Assembly: GCF_964355755.1 (NCBI RefSeq)
Contig: NC_092677.1
Coordinates: forward strand, 20,544,101 to 20,608,100
Direction: 5' to 3'
Origin: Antedon mediterranea
Lineage: Eukaryota > Animalia > Echinodermata
Length of the DNA stretch: 64,000 bases
Shown here in pieces: positions 50,775 through 64,000 of the stretch (its first letter is position 1; every line of letters begins with the position of its first letter). A program made the translations under genes and the position numbers. The notes below the pieces were generated by a model. The model was not told where the DNA came from. It saw nothing but the letters and a program-made list of their open reading frames with translations, and did no database searches.

Positions 50775-53700
50775 ACTTTTTTGTGCATTTCGATGAAACT
50801 TGGTTACACAAAAACATCAAAGTGCTTAAAATCACATTTTGAGCATTTCGTTAAAACTTTTCACACAAAAACATCAAAGTCCACAAAATAGCTTAATATC
50901 GTATTTAAAAACGTTTTAGACCATTTTGAGCATTTCGAAAAAACTTTTCCACACAAAACATCAAAGTTTACAAAATAGCTTCAAATCGCATTTGGAGACG
51001 TTTTAGACCATTTTGTGATTTTCGAAAAAACTTGATAACATAAAAACACCAAAGTTCTCAGAATACCTTCAAATCGTGTTTTGAGACGTTTTAGACCATT
51101 TTGTAATTTTCGAAAAAACTTGTTAACATAAAAACACCAAAGTGCTCAGAATACCTTCACATCGCATTTTGAGACGTTTTAGACCATTTTGTGATTTTCG
51201 AAAACACTTGTTAACATAAAAACACCAAAGTGCTTAGAAAAGCTTGAAATCGCATTTGGAGACGTTTTAGACCATTTTGTGCATTTCGATGAAACTTGGT
51301 TACACAAAAACATCAAAGTGCTTAAAATCACATTTTGAGCATTTCGTTAAAACTTTTCACACAAAAACATCAAAGAGTAAAAAATAGCTTAATATCGTAT
51401 TTAAAAACGTTTTAGACCATTTTGAGCATTTCGACAAAAATTTTTCACACAAAACATCAAAGTGTACAGAATAGCTTTAAATCGCATTTGGAGACGTTTT
51501 AGACCATTTTGTTCATTTCGATGAAACAAAAACACAAAAACATCAAATTGCACAAAATGGCTTAATATGATATGGGAAAACGTTTTAGACCATTTTGAAC
51601 ATTTCGTTAAAAGTTTTCACACAAAAACATCAAAGTCCACAAAATAGCTTAATATCGTATTTAAAAACGTTTTAGACCATTTTGAGCATTTCGAAAAAAC
51701 TTTTTCACACAAAACATCAAAGTTTACAAAATAGCTTCAAATCGCATTTGGAGACGTTATAGACCATTTTGTGATTTTCGAAAAAACTTGTTAACATAAA
51801 AACACCAAAGTGCTCAGAATACCTTCAAATCGCATTTTGAGACGTTTTAGACCATTTTGTGATTTTCGAAAAAACTTGTTAACATAAAAACACCAAAGTG
51901 CTCAGAATACCTTCAAATCGTGTTTTGAGACGTTTTAGACCATTTTGTGATTTTCGAAAAAACTTAACATAAAAACACCAAAGTGCTCAGAATACCTTCA
52001 AATCGCATTTGGAGACGTTTTAGACCATTTTGTGATTTTCGAAAAAACTTGTTAACATAAAAACACCAAAGTGCTCAGAATACCTTCAAATCGTATTTTG
52101 AGACGTTTTAGACAATTTTGTGATTTTCGAAAAAACTTGTTAACATAAAAACACCAAAGTGCTTAGAAAAGCTTCAAATCGCATTTGGAGACGTTTTAGA
52201 CCATTTTGTGCATTTCGATGAAACTTGGTTACACAAAAACATCAAAGTGTACAGAATAGCTTCAAATCGCATTAGAAACCGTTTTAGACCATTTTGAGCA
52301 TTTCGAAAAAACTTTTTCACACAAAACATCAAAGTGTACAAAATAGCTTCAAATCGCATTTGGAGACGTTTTAGACAATTTTGTGATTTTCGAAAAAACT
52401 TGTTTACATAAAAACACCAAAGTGCTAAGAATAGCTTCCAATCGCATTTGGAGACGTTTTAGACCCTTTTGTGCATTTCGATGAAACTTGGTTACACAAA
52501 AACATCAAAGTGCTTAAAATCACAGTAGAAACCGTTTTAGACCATTTTGAGCATTTCGTTAAAATTTTTCACAGAAAAACATCAAAGAGCAAAAAATAGC
52601 TTAATATCGTATTTAAAAACGTTTTAGACCATTTTGTGATTTTCGTAAAAACTTGTTAACATAAAAACACCAAAGTGCTTAGAAAAGTTTCAAATCGCAT
52701 TTGGAGACGTTTTAGACCATTTTGTGCATTTCGATGAAACTTGGTTACACAAAAACATCAAAGTGCTTAAAATCACATTTTGAGCATTTCGTTAAAACTT
52801 TTCACACAAAAACATCAAAGTCCACAAAATAGCTTAATATCGTATTTAAAAACGTTTTAGACCATTTTGAGCATTTCGAAAAAACTTTTCCACACAAAAC
52901 ATCAAAGTTTACAAAATAGCTTCAAATCGCATTTGGAGACGTTTTAGACCATTTTGTGATTTTCGAAAAAACTTGATAACATAAAAACACCAAAGTGCTC
53001 AGAATACCTTCAAATCGTGTTTTGAGACGTTTTAGACCATTTTGTAATTTTCGAAAAAACTTGTTAACATAAAAACACCAAAGTGCTCAGAATACCTTCA
53101 CATCGCATTTTGAGACGTTTTAGAGCATTTTGTGATTTTCGAAAAAACTTGTTAACATAAAAACACCAAAGTGCTTAGAAAAGCTTGAAATCGCATTTGG
53201 AGACGTTTTAGACCATTTTGTGAATTTCGATGAAACTTGGTTACACAAAAACATCAAAGTGCTTAAAATCACATTTTGAGCATTTCGTTAAAACTTTTCA
53301 CACAAAAACATCAAAGAGTAAAAAATAGCTTAATATCGTATTTAAAAACGTTTTAGACCATTTTGAGCATTTCGACAAAATTTTTTCACACAAAACATCA
53401 AAGTGTACAGAATAGCTTTAAATCGCATTTGGAGACGTTTTAGACCATTTTGTTCATTTCGATGAAACAAAAACACAAAAACATCAAATTGCACAAAATG
53501 GCTTAATATGATATGGGAAAACGTTTTAGACCATTTTGAACATTTCGTTAAAAGTTTTCACACAAAAACATCAAAGTCCACAAAATAGCTTAATATCGTA
53601 TTTAAAAACGTTTTAGACCATTTTGAGCATTTCGAAAAAACTTTTTCACACAAAACATCAAAGTTTACAAAATAGCTTCAAATCGCATTTGGAGACGTTA

Positions 53701-54575
53701 TAGACCATTTTGTGATTTTCGAAAAAACTTGTTAACATAAAAACACCAAAGTGCTCAGAATACCTTCAAATCGCATTTTGAGACGTTTTAGACCATTTTG
53801 TGATTTTCGAAAAAACTTGTTAACATAAAAACACCAAAGTGCTCAGAATACCTTCAAATCGTGTTTTGAGACGTTTTAGACCATTTTGTGATTTTCGAAA
53901 AAACTTAACATAAAAACACCAAAGTGCTCAGAATACCTTCAAATCGCATTTGGAGACGTTTTAGACCATTTTGTGATTTTCGAAAAAACTTGTTAACATA
54001 AAAACACCAAAGTGCTCAGAATACCTTCAAATCGTATTTTGAGACGTTTTAGACAATTTTGTGATTTTCGAAAAAACTTGTTAACATAAAAACACCAAAG
54101 TGCTTAGAAAAGCTTCAAATCGCATTTGGAGACGTTTTAGACCATTTTGTGCATTTCGATGAAACTTGGTTACACAAAAACATCAAAGTGTACAGAATAG
54201 CTTCAAATCGCATTAGAAACCGTTTTAGACCATTTTGAGCATTTCGAAAAAACTTTTTCACACAAAACATCAAAGTGTACAAAATAGCTTCAAATCGCAT
54301 TTGGAGACGTTTTAGACAATTTTGTGATTTTCGAAAAAACTTGTTTACATAAAAACACCAAAGTGCTAAGAATAGCTTCCAATCGCATTTGGAGACGTTT
54401 TAGACCCTTTTGTGCATTTCGATGAAACTTGGTTACACAAAAACATCAAAGTGCTTAAAATCACAGTAGAAACCGTTTTAGACCATTTTGAGCATTTCGT
54501 AAAAATTTTTCACAGAAAAACATCAAAGAGCAAAAAATAGCTTAATATCGTATTTAAAAACGTTTTAGACCATTT
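50775..54575 (+). repeat. 1941-bp tandem duplication (ends approximate)
   Basis: ORF pair 52174/54115. CACAGTAGAA at 52521/54462. The 3-bp deletion AAACTTAACAT is present in both copies. Confidence 0.82.
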
Positions 54576-55279
54576 TGAGCATTTCGACAAAACTTTTTCA
54601 CACAAAACATCAAAGTGTACAGATAAGCTTCAAATCGCATTTGGAGACGTTTTAAACCATTTTGAGCATTTCGATAAAATTTTACACACAAAAACATCAA
54701 AGTGCACAAAATAGCTTAATATGGTATTTAAAAACGTTTTAGACCATTTTGAGCATTTCGAAAAAACTTTTCCACACAAAACATCAAAGTTTACAAAATA
54801 GCTTCAAATCGCATTTGGAGACGTTTTAGAACATTTTGTGATTTTCGAAAAAACTTGTTAACATAAAAACACCAAAGTGCTCAGAATACCTTCAAATCGT
54901 GTTTTGAGACGTTTTAGACCATTTTGTAATTTTCGAAAAAACTTGTTAACATAAAAACACCAAAGTGCTCAGAATACCTTCACATCGCATTTTTAGACGT
55001 TTTAGACCATTTTGTGATTTTCGAAAAAACTTGTTAACATAAAAACACCAAAGTGCTTAGAAAAGCTTGGAATCGCATTTGGAGACGTTTTAGACCATTT
55101 TGAGCATTTCGATGAAACTTGGTTACACAAAAACATCAAAGTGCTTAAAATCACATTTTGAGCATTTCGTTAAAACTTTTCACACAAAAACATCAAAGAG
55201 TAAAAAATAGCTTAATATCGTATTTAAAAACGTTTTAGACCATTTTGAGCATTTCGACAAAATTTTTTCACACAAAACA

Positions 55280-58200
55280 TCAAAGTGCACAAAATAGCTT
55301 AATATGGTATTTAAAAAGGTTTTAGACCATTTTGAGCAATTCAACAAAACTTTTTCTCACAAAACATCAAAGTGTACAGAATAGCTTCAAATCGCATTTG
55401 GAGACGTTTTAGACCATTTTGTGCATTTCGATGAAACTTGGTTACACAAAAACATCAAAGTGCTTAAAATCACATTTTGAGCATTTCGTTAAAACTTTTC
55501 ACACAAAAACATCAAAGTCCACAAAATAGCTTAATATCGTATTTAAAAACGTTTTAGACCATTTTGAGCATTTCGAAAAAACTTTTCCACACCAAACATC
55601 AAAGTTTACAAAATAGCTTCAAATCGCATTTGGAGACGTTTTAGACCATTTTGTGATTTTCGAAAAAACTTGTTAACATAAAAACACCAAAGTGCTCAGA
55701 ATACCTTCAAATCGCATTTGGAGACGTTTTAGACCCTTTTGTGCATTTCGATGAAACTTGGTTACACAAAAACATCAAAGTGCTTAAAATCACATTAGAA
55801 ACCGTTTTAGACCATTTTGAGCATTTCGTTAAAATTTGTCACAGAAAAACATCAAAGAGCAAAAAATATCTTAATATCGTATTTAAAAACGTTTTAGACC
55901 ATTTTGAGCATTTCGACAAAACTTTTTCACACAAAACATCAAAGTGTACAAAATAGCTTCAAATCGCATTTGGAGACGTTTTAACCCATTTTGAGCATTT
56001 CGATAAAATTTTAGACACAAAAACATCAAAGTGCACAAAATAGCTTAATATGGTATTTAAAAACGTTTTAGACCATTTTGAGCATTTCAACAAAACTTTT
56101 TCTCACAAAACATCAAAGTGTACAGAATAGCTTCAAATCGCATTTGGAGACGTTTTAGACTTTTTTGTGCATTTCGATGAAACTTGGTTACACAAAAACA
56201 TCAAAGTGCTTAAAATCACATTTTGAGCATTTCGTTAAAACTTTTCACACAAAAACATCAAAGTCCACAAAATAGCTTAATATCGTATTTAAAAACGTTT
56301 TAGACCATTTTGAGCATTTCGAAAAAACTTTTCCACACAAAACATCAAAGTTTACAAAATAGCTTCAAATCGCATTTGGAGACGTTTTAGACCATTTTGT
56401 GATTTTCGAAAAAACTTGATAACATAAAAACACCAAAGTGCTCAGAATACCTTCAAATCGTGTTTTGAGACGTTTTAGACCATTTTGTAATTTTCGAAAA
56501 AACTTGTTAACATAAAAACACCAAAGTGCTCAGAATACCTTCACATCGCATTTTGAGACGTTTTAGACCATTTTGTGATTTTCGAAAAAACTTGTTAACA
56601 TAAAAACACCAAAGTGCTTAGAAAAGCTTGAAATCGCATTTGGAGACGTTTTAGACCATTTTGTGCATTTCGATGAAACTTGGTTACACAAAAACATCAA
56701 AGTGCTTAAAATCACATTTTGAGCATTTCGTTAAAACTTTTCACACAAAAACATCAAAGAGTAAAAAATAGCTTAATATCGTATTTAAAAACGTTTTAGA
56801 CCATTTTGAGCATTTCGACAAAATTTTTTCACACAAAACATCAAAGTGTACAGAATAGCTTTAAATCGCATTTGGAGACGTTTTAGACCATTTTGTTCAT
56901 TTCGATGAAACAAAAACACAAAAACATCAAATTGCACAAAATGGCTTAATATGATATGGGAAAACGTTTTAGACCATTTTGAACATTTCGTTAAAAGTTT
57001 TCACACAAAAACATCAAAGTCCACAAAATAGCTTAATATCGTATTTAAAAACGTTTTAGACCATTTTGAGCATTTCGAAAAAACTTTTTCACACAAAACA
57101 TCAAAGTTTACAAAATAGCTTCAAATCGCATTTGGAGACGTTATAGACCATTTTGTGATTTTCGAAAAAACTTGTTAACATAAAAACACCAAAGTGCTCA
57201 GAATACCTTCAAATCGCATTTTGAGACGTTTTAGACCATTTTGTGATTTTCGAAAAAACTTGTTAACATAAAAACACCAAAGTGCTCAGAATCGTGTTTT
57301 GAGACGTTTTAGACCATTTTGTGATTTTCGAAAAAACTTGTTAACATAAAAACACCAAAGTGCTCAGAATACCTTCAAATCGCATTTTGAGACGTTTTAG
57401 ACCATTTTGTGATTTTCGAAAAAACTTGTTAACATAAAAACACCAAAGTGCTCAGAATACCTTCAAATCGTGTTTTGAGACGTTTTAGACCATTTTGTGA
57501 TTTTCGAAAAAACTTGTTAACATAAAAACACCAAAGTGCTCAGAATACCTTCAAATCGCATTTTGAGACGTTTTAGACCATTTTGTGATTTTCGAAAAAA
57601 CTTGTTAACATAAAAACACCAAAGTGCTCAGAATACCTTCAAATCGTGTTTTGAGACGTTTTAGACCATTTTGTGATTTTCGAAAAAACTTGTTAACATA
57701 AAAACACCAAAGTGCTTAGAAAAGCTTCAAATCGCATTTGGAGACGTTTTAGACCATTTTGTTCATTTCGATGAAACTTGGTTACACAAAAACATCAAAG
57801 AGCACAAAAGATCTTAATATCGTATTTAAAAACGTTTTAGACCATTTTGAGCATTTCGAAAAAACTTTTTCACACAAAACATCAAAGTGTACAAAATAGC
57901 TTCAAATCGCATTTTGAGACGTTTTAGACAATTTTGTGATTTTCGAAAAAACTTGTTTACATAAAAACACCAAAGTGCTTAGAAAAGCTTCAAATCACAT
58001 TTGGAGACGTTTTAAACCATTTTGTTCATTTCGATGAAACTTGGTTACACAAAAACATCAAAGAGCACAAAAGTATTTAAAAACGTTTTAGACCATTTTG
58101 AGCATTCCGTCAAAACTTTTTCACACAAAACATCAAAGTGTACAGAATAGCTTTAAATCGCATTTGGAGACGTTTTAGACCATTTTGTAGTTTTCGAAAA

Positions 58201-61200
58201 AACTTGTTAACATAAAAACACAAAAGAGCTTCAAATCGCATTTGGAGACGTTTTAGACCCTTTTGTGCATTTCGATGAAACTTGGTTACACAAAAACATC
58301 AAAGTGCTTAAAATCACATTAGAAACCGTTTTAGACCATTTTGAGCATTTCGTTAAAACTTTTCACACAAAAACATCAAAGTCCACAAAATAGCTTAATA
58401 GCGTATTTAAAAACGTTTTAGACCATTTTGAGCATTTCGAAAAAACATTTTCACACAAAACATCAAAGTTTACAAAATAGCTTCAAATCGCATTTGGAGA
58501 CGTTTTAGACCATTTTGTGATTTTCGAAAAAACTTGTTAACATAAAAACACCAAAGTGCTCAGAATACCTTCAAATCGCATTTTGAGACGTTTTAGACCA
58601 TTTTGTGATTTTCGAAAAAACAACATAAAAACACCAAAGTGCTCAGAATACCTTCAAATCGCATTTGGAGACGTTTTAGACCATTTTGTGATTTTCGAAA
58701 AAACTTGTTAACATAAAAACACCAAAGTGCTCAGAAAACCTTCAAATCGTATTTTGAGACGTTTTAGACAATTTTGTGATTTTCGAAAAAACTTGTTAAC
58801 ATAAAAACACCAAAGTGCTTAGAAAAGCTTCAAATCGCATTTGGAGACGTTTTAGACCATTTTGTGCATTTCGATGAAACTTGGTTACACAAAAACATCA
58901 AAGTGTACAGAATAGCTTCAAATCGCATTAGAAACCGTTTTAGACCATTTTGAGCATTTCGAAAAAACTTTTTCACACCAAACATCAAAGTGTACAAAAT
59001 AGCTTCAAATCGCATTTGGAGACGTTTTAGACAATTTTGTGATTTTCGAAAAAACTTGTTTACATAAAAACACGAAAGTGCTAAGAATAGCTTCCAATCG
59101 CATTTGGAGACGTTTTAGACCCTTTTGTGCATTTCGATGAAACTTGGTTACACAAAAACATCAAAGTGCTTAAAATCACATTAGAAACCGTTTTAGACCA
59201 TTTTGAGCATTTCGTTAAAATTTTTCACAGAAAAACATCAAAGAGCAAAAAATAGCTTAATATCGTATTTAAAAACGTTTTAGACCATTTTGAGCATTTC
59301 GACAAAACTTTTTCACACAAAATATCAAAGTGTACAGAATAGCTTCAAATCGCATTTTGAGACGTTTTAACCCATTTTGAGCATTTCGATAAAATTTTAC
59401 ACACAAAAACATCAAAGTGCACAAAATAGCTTAATATGGTATTTAAAAACGTTTTAGACCATTTTGAGCAATTCAACAAAACTTTTTCTCACAAAACATC
59501 AAAGTGTACAGAATAGCTTCAAATCGCATTTGGAGACGTTTTAGACCATTTTGTGCATTTCGATGAAACTTGGTTACACAAAAACATCAAAGTGCTTAAA
59601 ATCACATTTTGAGCATTTCGTTAAAACTTTTCACACAAAAACATCAAAGTCCACAAAATAGCTTAATATCGTATTTAAAAACGTTTTAGACCATTTTGAG
59701 CATTTCGAAAAAACTTTTCCACACCAAACATCAAAGTTTACAAAATAGCTTCAAATCGCATTTGGAGACGTTTTAGACCATTTTGTGATTTTCGAAAAAA
59801 CTTGTTAACATAAAAACACCAAAGTGCTCATAATACCTTCAAATCGCATTTGGAGACGTTTTAGACCCTTTTGTGCATTTCGATGAAACTTGGTTACACA
59901 AAAACATCAAAGTGCTTAAAATCACATTAGAAACCGTTTTAGACCATTTTGAGCATTTCGTTAAAATTTGTCACAGAAAAACATCAAAGAGCAAAAAATA
60001 TCTTAATATCGTATTTAAAAACGTTTTAGACCATTTTGAGCATTTCGACAAAACTTTTTCACACAAAACATCAAAGTGTACAAAATAGCTTCAAATCGCA
60101 TTTGGAGACGTTTTAACCCATTTTGAGCATTTCGATAAAATTTTACACACAAAAACATCAAAGTGCACAAAATAGCTTAATATGGTATTTAAAAACGTTT
60201 TAGACCATTTTGAGCATTTCAACAAAACTTTTTCTCACAAAACATCAAAGTGTACAGAATAGCTTCAAATCGCATTTGGAGACGTTTTAGACTTTTTTGT
60301 GCATTTCGATGAAACTTGGTTACACAAAAACATCAAAGTGCTTAAAATCACATTTTGAGCATTTCGTTAAAACTTTTCACACAAAAACATCAAAGTCCAC
60401 AAAATAGCTTAATATCGTATTTAAAAACGTTTTAGACCATTTTGAGCATTTCGAAAAAACTTTTCCACACAAAACATCAAAGTTTACAAAATAGCTTCAA
60501 ATCGCATTTGGAGACGTTTTAGACCATTTTGTGATTTTCGAAAAAACTTGATAACATAAAAACACCAAAGTGCTCAGAATACCTTCAAATCGTGTTTTGA
60601 GACGTTTTAGACCATTTTGTAATTTTCGAAAAAACTTGTTAACATAAAAACACCAAAGTGCTCAGAATACCTTCACATCGCATTTTGAGACGTTTTAGAC
60701 CATTTTGTGATTTTCGAAAAAACTTGTTAACATAAAAACACCAAAGTGCTTAGAAAAGCTTGAAATCGCATTTGGAGACGTTTTAGACCATTTTGTTCAT
60801 TTCGATGAAACAAAAACACAAAAACATCAAATTGCACAAAATGGCTTAATATGATATGGGAAAACGTTTTAGACCATTTTGAACATTTCGTTAAAAGTTT
60901 TCACACAAAAACATCAAAGTCCACAAAATAGCTTAATATCGTATTTAAAAACGTTTTAGACCATTTTGAGCATTTCGAAAAAACTTTTTCACACAAAACA
61001 TCAAAGTTTATAAAATAGCTTCAAATCGCATTTGGAGACGTTATAGACCATTTTGTGATTTTCGAAAAAACTTGTTAACATAAAAACACCAAAGTGCTCA
61101 GAATACCTTCAAATCGCATTTTGAGACGTTTTAGACCATTTTGTGATTTTCGAAAAAACTTGTTAACATAAAAACACCAAAGTGCTCAGAATCGTGTTTT

Positions 61201-62300
61201 GAGACGTTTTAGACCATTTTGTGATTTTCGAAAAAACTTGTTAACATAAAAACACCAAAGTGCTCAGAATACCTTCAAATCGCATTTTGAGACGTTTTAG
61301 ACCATTTTGTGATTTTCGAAAAAACTTGTTAACATAAAAACACCAAAGTGCTCAGAATACCTTCAAATCGTGTTTTGAGACGTTTTAGACCATTTTGTGA
61401 TTTTCGAAAAAACTTGTTAACATAAAAACACCAAAGTGCTCAGAATACCTTCAAATCGCATTTTGAGACGTTTTAGACCATTTTGTGATTTTCGAAAAAA
61501 CTTGTTAACATAAAAACACCAAAGTGCTCAGAATACCTTCAAATCGTGTTTTGAGACGTTTTAGACCATTTTGTGATTTTCGAAAAAACTTGTTAACATA
61601 AAAACACCAAAGTGCTTAGAAAAGCTTCAAATCGCATTTGGAGACGTTTTAGACCATTTTGTTCATTTCGATGAAACTTTGTTACACAAAAACATCAAAG
61701 AGCACAAAAGATCTTAATATCGTATTTAAAAACGTTTTAGACCATTTTGAGCATTTCGAAAAAACTTTTTCACACAAAACATCAAAGTGTACAAAATAGC
61801 TTCAAATCGCATTTTGAGACGTTTTAGACAATTTTGTGATTTTCGAAAAAACTTGTTTACATAAAAACACCAAAGTGCTTAGAAAAGCTTCAAATCGCAT
61901 TTGGAGACGTTTTAAACCATTTTGTTCATTTCGATGAAACTTGGTTACACAAAAACATCAAAGAGCACAAAAGTATTTAAAAACGTTTTAGACCATTTTG
62001 AGCATTCCGTCAAAACTTTTTCACCCAAAACATCAAAGTGTACAGAATAGCTTTAAATCGCATTTGGAGACGTTTTAGACCATTTTGTAGTTTTCGAAAA
62101 AACTTGTTAACATAAAAACACAAAAGAGCTTCAAATCGCATTTGGAGACGTTTTAGACCCTTTTGTGCATTTCGATGAAACTTGGTTACACAAAAACATC
62201 AAAGTGCTTAAAATCACATTAGAAACCGTTTTAGACCATTTTGAGCATTTCGTTAAAACTTTTCACACAAAAACATCAAAGTCCACAAAATAGCTTAATA
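55280..62300 (+). repeat. 4132-bp-offset duplication with a 232-bp (three-monomer) deletion in the second copy (ends approximate)
   Basis: ORF pair 55741/59873 (offset 4132). Lines 57121 and 61021 are identical (offset 3900). The difference, 232, equals 58 + 87 + 87. Confidence 0.87.
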
Positions 62301-64000
62301 TGGTATTTAAAAACGTTTTAGAACATTTTGAGCATTTCAACAAAACTTTTTCTCACAAAACATCAAAGTGTACAGAATAGCTTCAAATCGCATTTGGAGA
62401 CGTTTTAGACCATTTTGTGCATTTCGATGAAACTTGGTTACACAAAAACATCAAAGTGCTTAAAATCACATTTTGAGCATTTCGTTAAAACTTTTCACAC
62501 AAAAACATCAAAGAGTAAAAAATAGCTTAATATCGTATTTAAAAACGTTTTAGACCATTTTGAGCATTTCGACAAAATTTTTTCACACAAAACATCAAAG
62601 TGTACAGAATAGCTTTAAATCGCATTTGGAGACGTTTTAGACCATTTTGTTAATTTCGATGAAACAAAAACACAAAAACATCAAATTGCACAAAATGGCT
62701 TAATATGATATGGGAAAACGTTTTAGACCATTTTGAACATTTCGTTAAAAGTTTTCACACAAAAACATCAAAGTCCACAAAATAGCTTAATATCGTATTT
62801 AAAAACGTTTTAGACCATTTTGAGCATTTCGAAAAAACTTTTTCACACAAAACATCAAAGTTTACAAAATAGCTTCAAATCGCATTTGGAGACGTTTTAG
62901 ACCATTTTCTGATTTTCGAAAAAACTTGTTAACATAAAAACACCAAAGTGCTCAGAAAAGCTTCAAATCGCATTTGGAGACGTTTTAAACCATTTTGTTC
63001 ATTTCGATGAAACTTGGTTACACAAAAACATCAAAGAGCACAAAAGTATTTAAAAACGTTTTAGACCATTTTGAGCATTCCGACAAAACTTTTTCACACA
63101 AAACATCAAAGTGTACAGAATAGCTTTAAATCGCATTTGGAGACGTTTTAACCCATTTTGAGCATTTCGATAAAATTTTACAAACAAAAACATCAAAGTG
63201 CACAAAATAGCTTAATATGGTATTTAAAAACGTTTTAGACCATTTTGAGCATTTCAACAAAACTTTTTCTCACAAAACATCAAAGTGTACAGAATAGCTT
63301 CAAATCGCATTTGGAGACGTTTTAGACCATTTTGTGCATTTCGATGAAACTTGGTTACACAAAAACATCAAAGTGCTTAAAATCACATTTTGAGCATTTC
63401 GTTAAAACTTTTCACACAAAAACATCAAAGTCCACAAAATAGCTTAATATCGTATTTAAAAACGTTTTAGACCATTTTGAGCATTTCGAAAAAACTTTTC
63501 CACACAAAACATCAAAGTTTACAAAATAGCTTCAAATCGCATTTGGAGACGTTTTAGACCATTTTGTGATTTTCGTAAAAACTTGTTAACATAAAAACAC
63601 CAAAGTGCTTAGAAAAGCTTCAAATCGCATTTGGAGACGTTTTAGACCATTTTGTGCATTTCGATGAAACTTGGTTACACAAAAACATCAAAGTGCTTAA
63701 AATCACATTTTGAACATTTCGTTAAAAGTTTTCACACAAAAACATCAAAGAGTAAAAAATAGCTTAATATCGTATTTAAAAACGTTTTAGACCATTTTGA
63801 GCATTTCGAAAAAACTTTTCCACACAAAACATCAAAGTTTACAAAATAGCTTCAAATCGCATTTGGAGACGTTTTAGACCATTTTGTGATTTTCGAAAAA
63901 ACTTGTTAACATAAAAACACCAAAGTGCTCAGAATACCTTCAAATCGCATTTGGAGACGTTTTAGACCATTTTGTGATTTTCGAAAAAACTTGTTAACAT

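Larger units (their letters stand above)
1..64000. repeat. Satellite DNA tandem array, 87-88 bp monomer, probably centromeric or pericentromeric; runs off both window ends
   Basis: The core CGTTTTAGACCATTTTG recurs throughout in the same orientation. The period was measured directly (CATTTTGTGA at 11281 and 11369 = 88 bp). No unique sequence was seen. The centromeric role is inference only. Confidence 0.98.

Noticed and set aside
2330-60088. All 21 ORFs in the supplied track (MHFDETW..., MRFEAIL..., MLKCSKC... and others)
   Set aside because: They are short (61-100 aa) and lie wholly within the satellite. Their 29-aa internal periodicity simply reflects the 87-bp monomer. Many start at GTG/TTG, they occur on both strands, and they contain no recognisable domain. 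CxxC-like and His patterns are incidental.
1-64000. CRISPR-like array (conserved core separated by variable sequence)
   Set aside because: The intervening segments are homologous to each other and reused hundreds of times rather than being unique spacers. There is no leader and there are no cas genes.
1-64000. Embedded transposon, inversion, telomeric repeat or tRNA/5S-derived unit
   Set aside because: On reading through, I saw no non-satellite segment, no reverse-strand core (CAAAATGGTCTAAAACG), no telomere motif and no pol III A/B boxes. Very small insertions could have been missed by eye.
1-64000. Assignment to a named satellite family or species
   Set aside because: I do not recognise the sequence. 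A BLAST or Repbase/Dfam search of the consensus monomer would be needed.

Overview
The whole 64 kb window is one uninterrupted, head-to-tail, single-orientation AT-rich satellite DNA array, typical of eukaryotic (peri)centromeric heterochromatin. One representative monomer counted by hand is 29/88 GC. The basic monomer is 87-88 bp and contains a near-invariant core, CGTTTTAGACCATTTTG. It occurs as roughly 15-20 recurring sequence variants, including fixed deletion variants of 86, 85, 83, 78, 76, 58 and 45 bp. I estimate about 750 monomers in total. There is no single regular higher-order repeat. The array is a mosaic of recent kb-scale tandem duplications (offsets measured by hand: 1657, 1766, 1941, 2171, 2372-2374, 2711, 3335 and 4132 bp), with nested duplications, whole-monomer deletions and one apparent single-monomer conversion. 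I found no genes, RNA genes, transposons, inversions or CRISPR array, and all listed ORFs are chance read-throughs of the repeat. I do not recognise the satellite family or the organism. The most notable structural observations are a hidden 20-bp inverted repeat inside the monomer, roughly 10-bp phasing of A/T tracts with common deletions of 10/20/30 bp, and a constrained order of monomer types. I see no evidence of a novel gene-encoded system.
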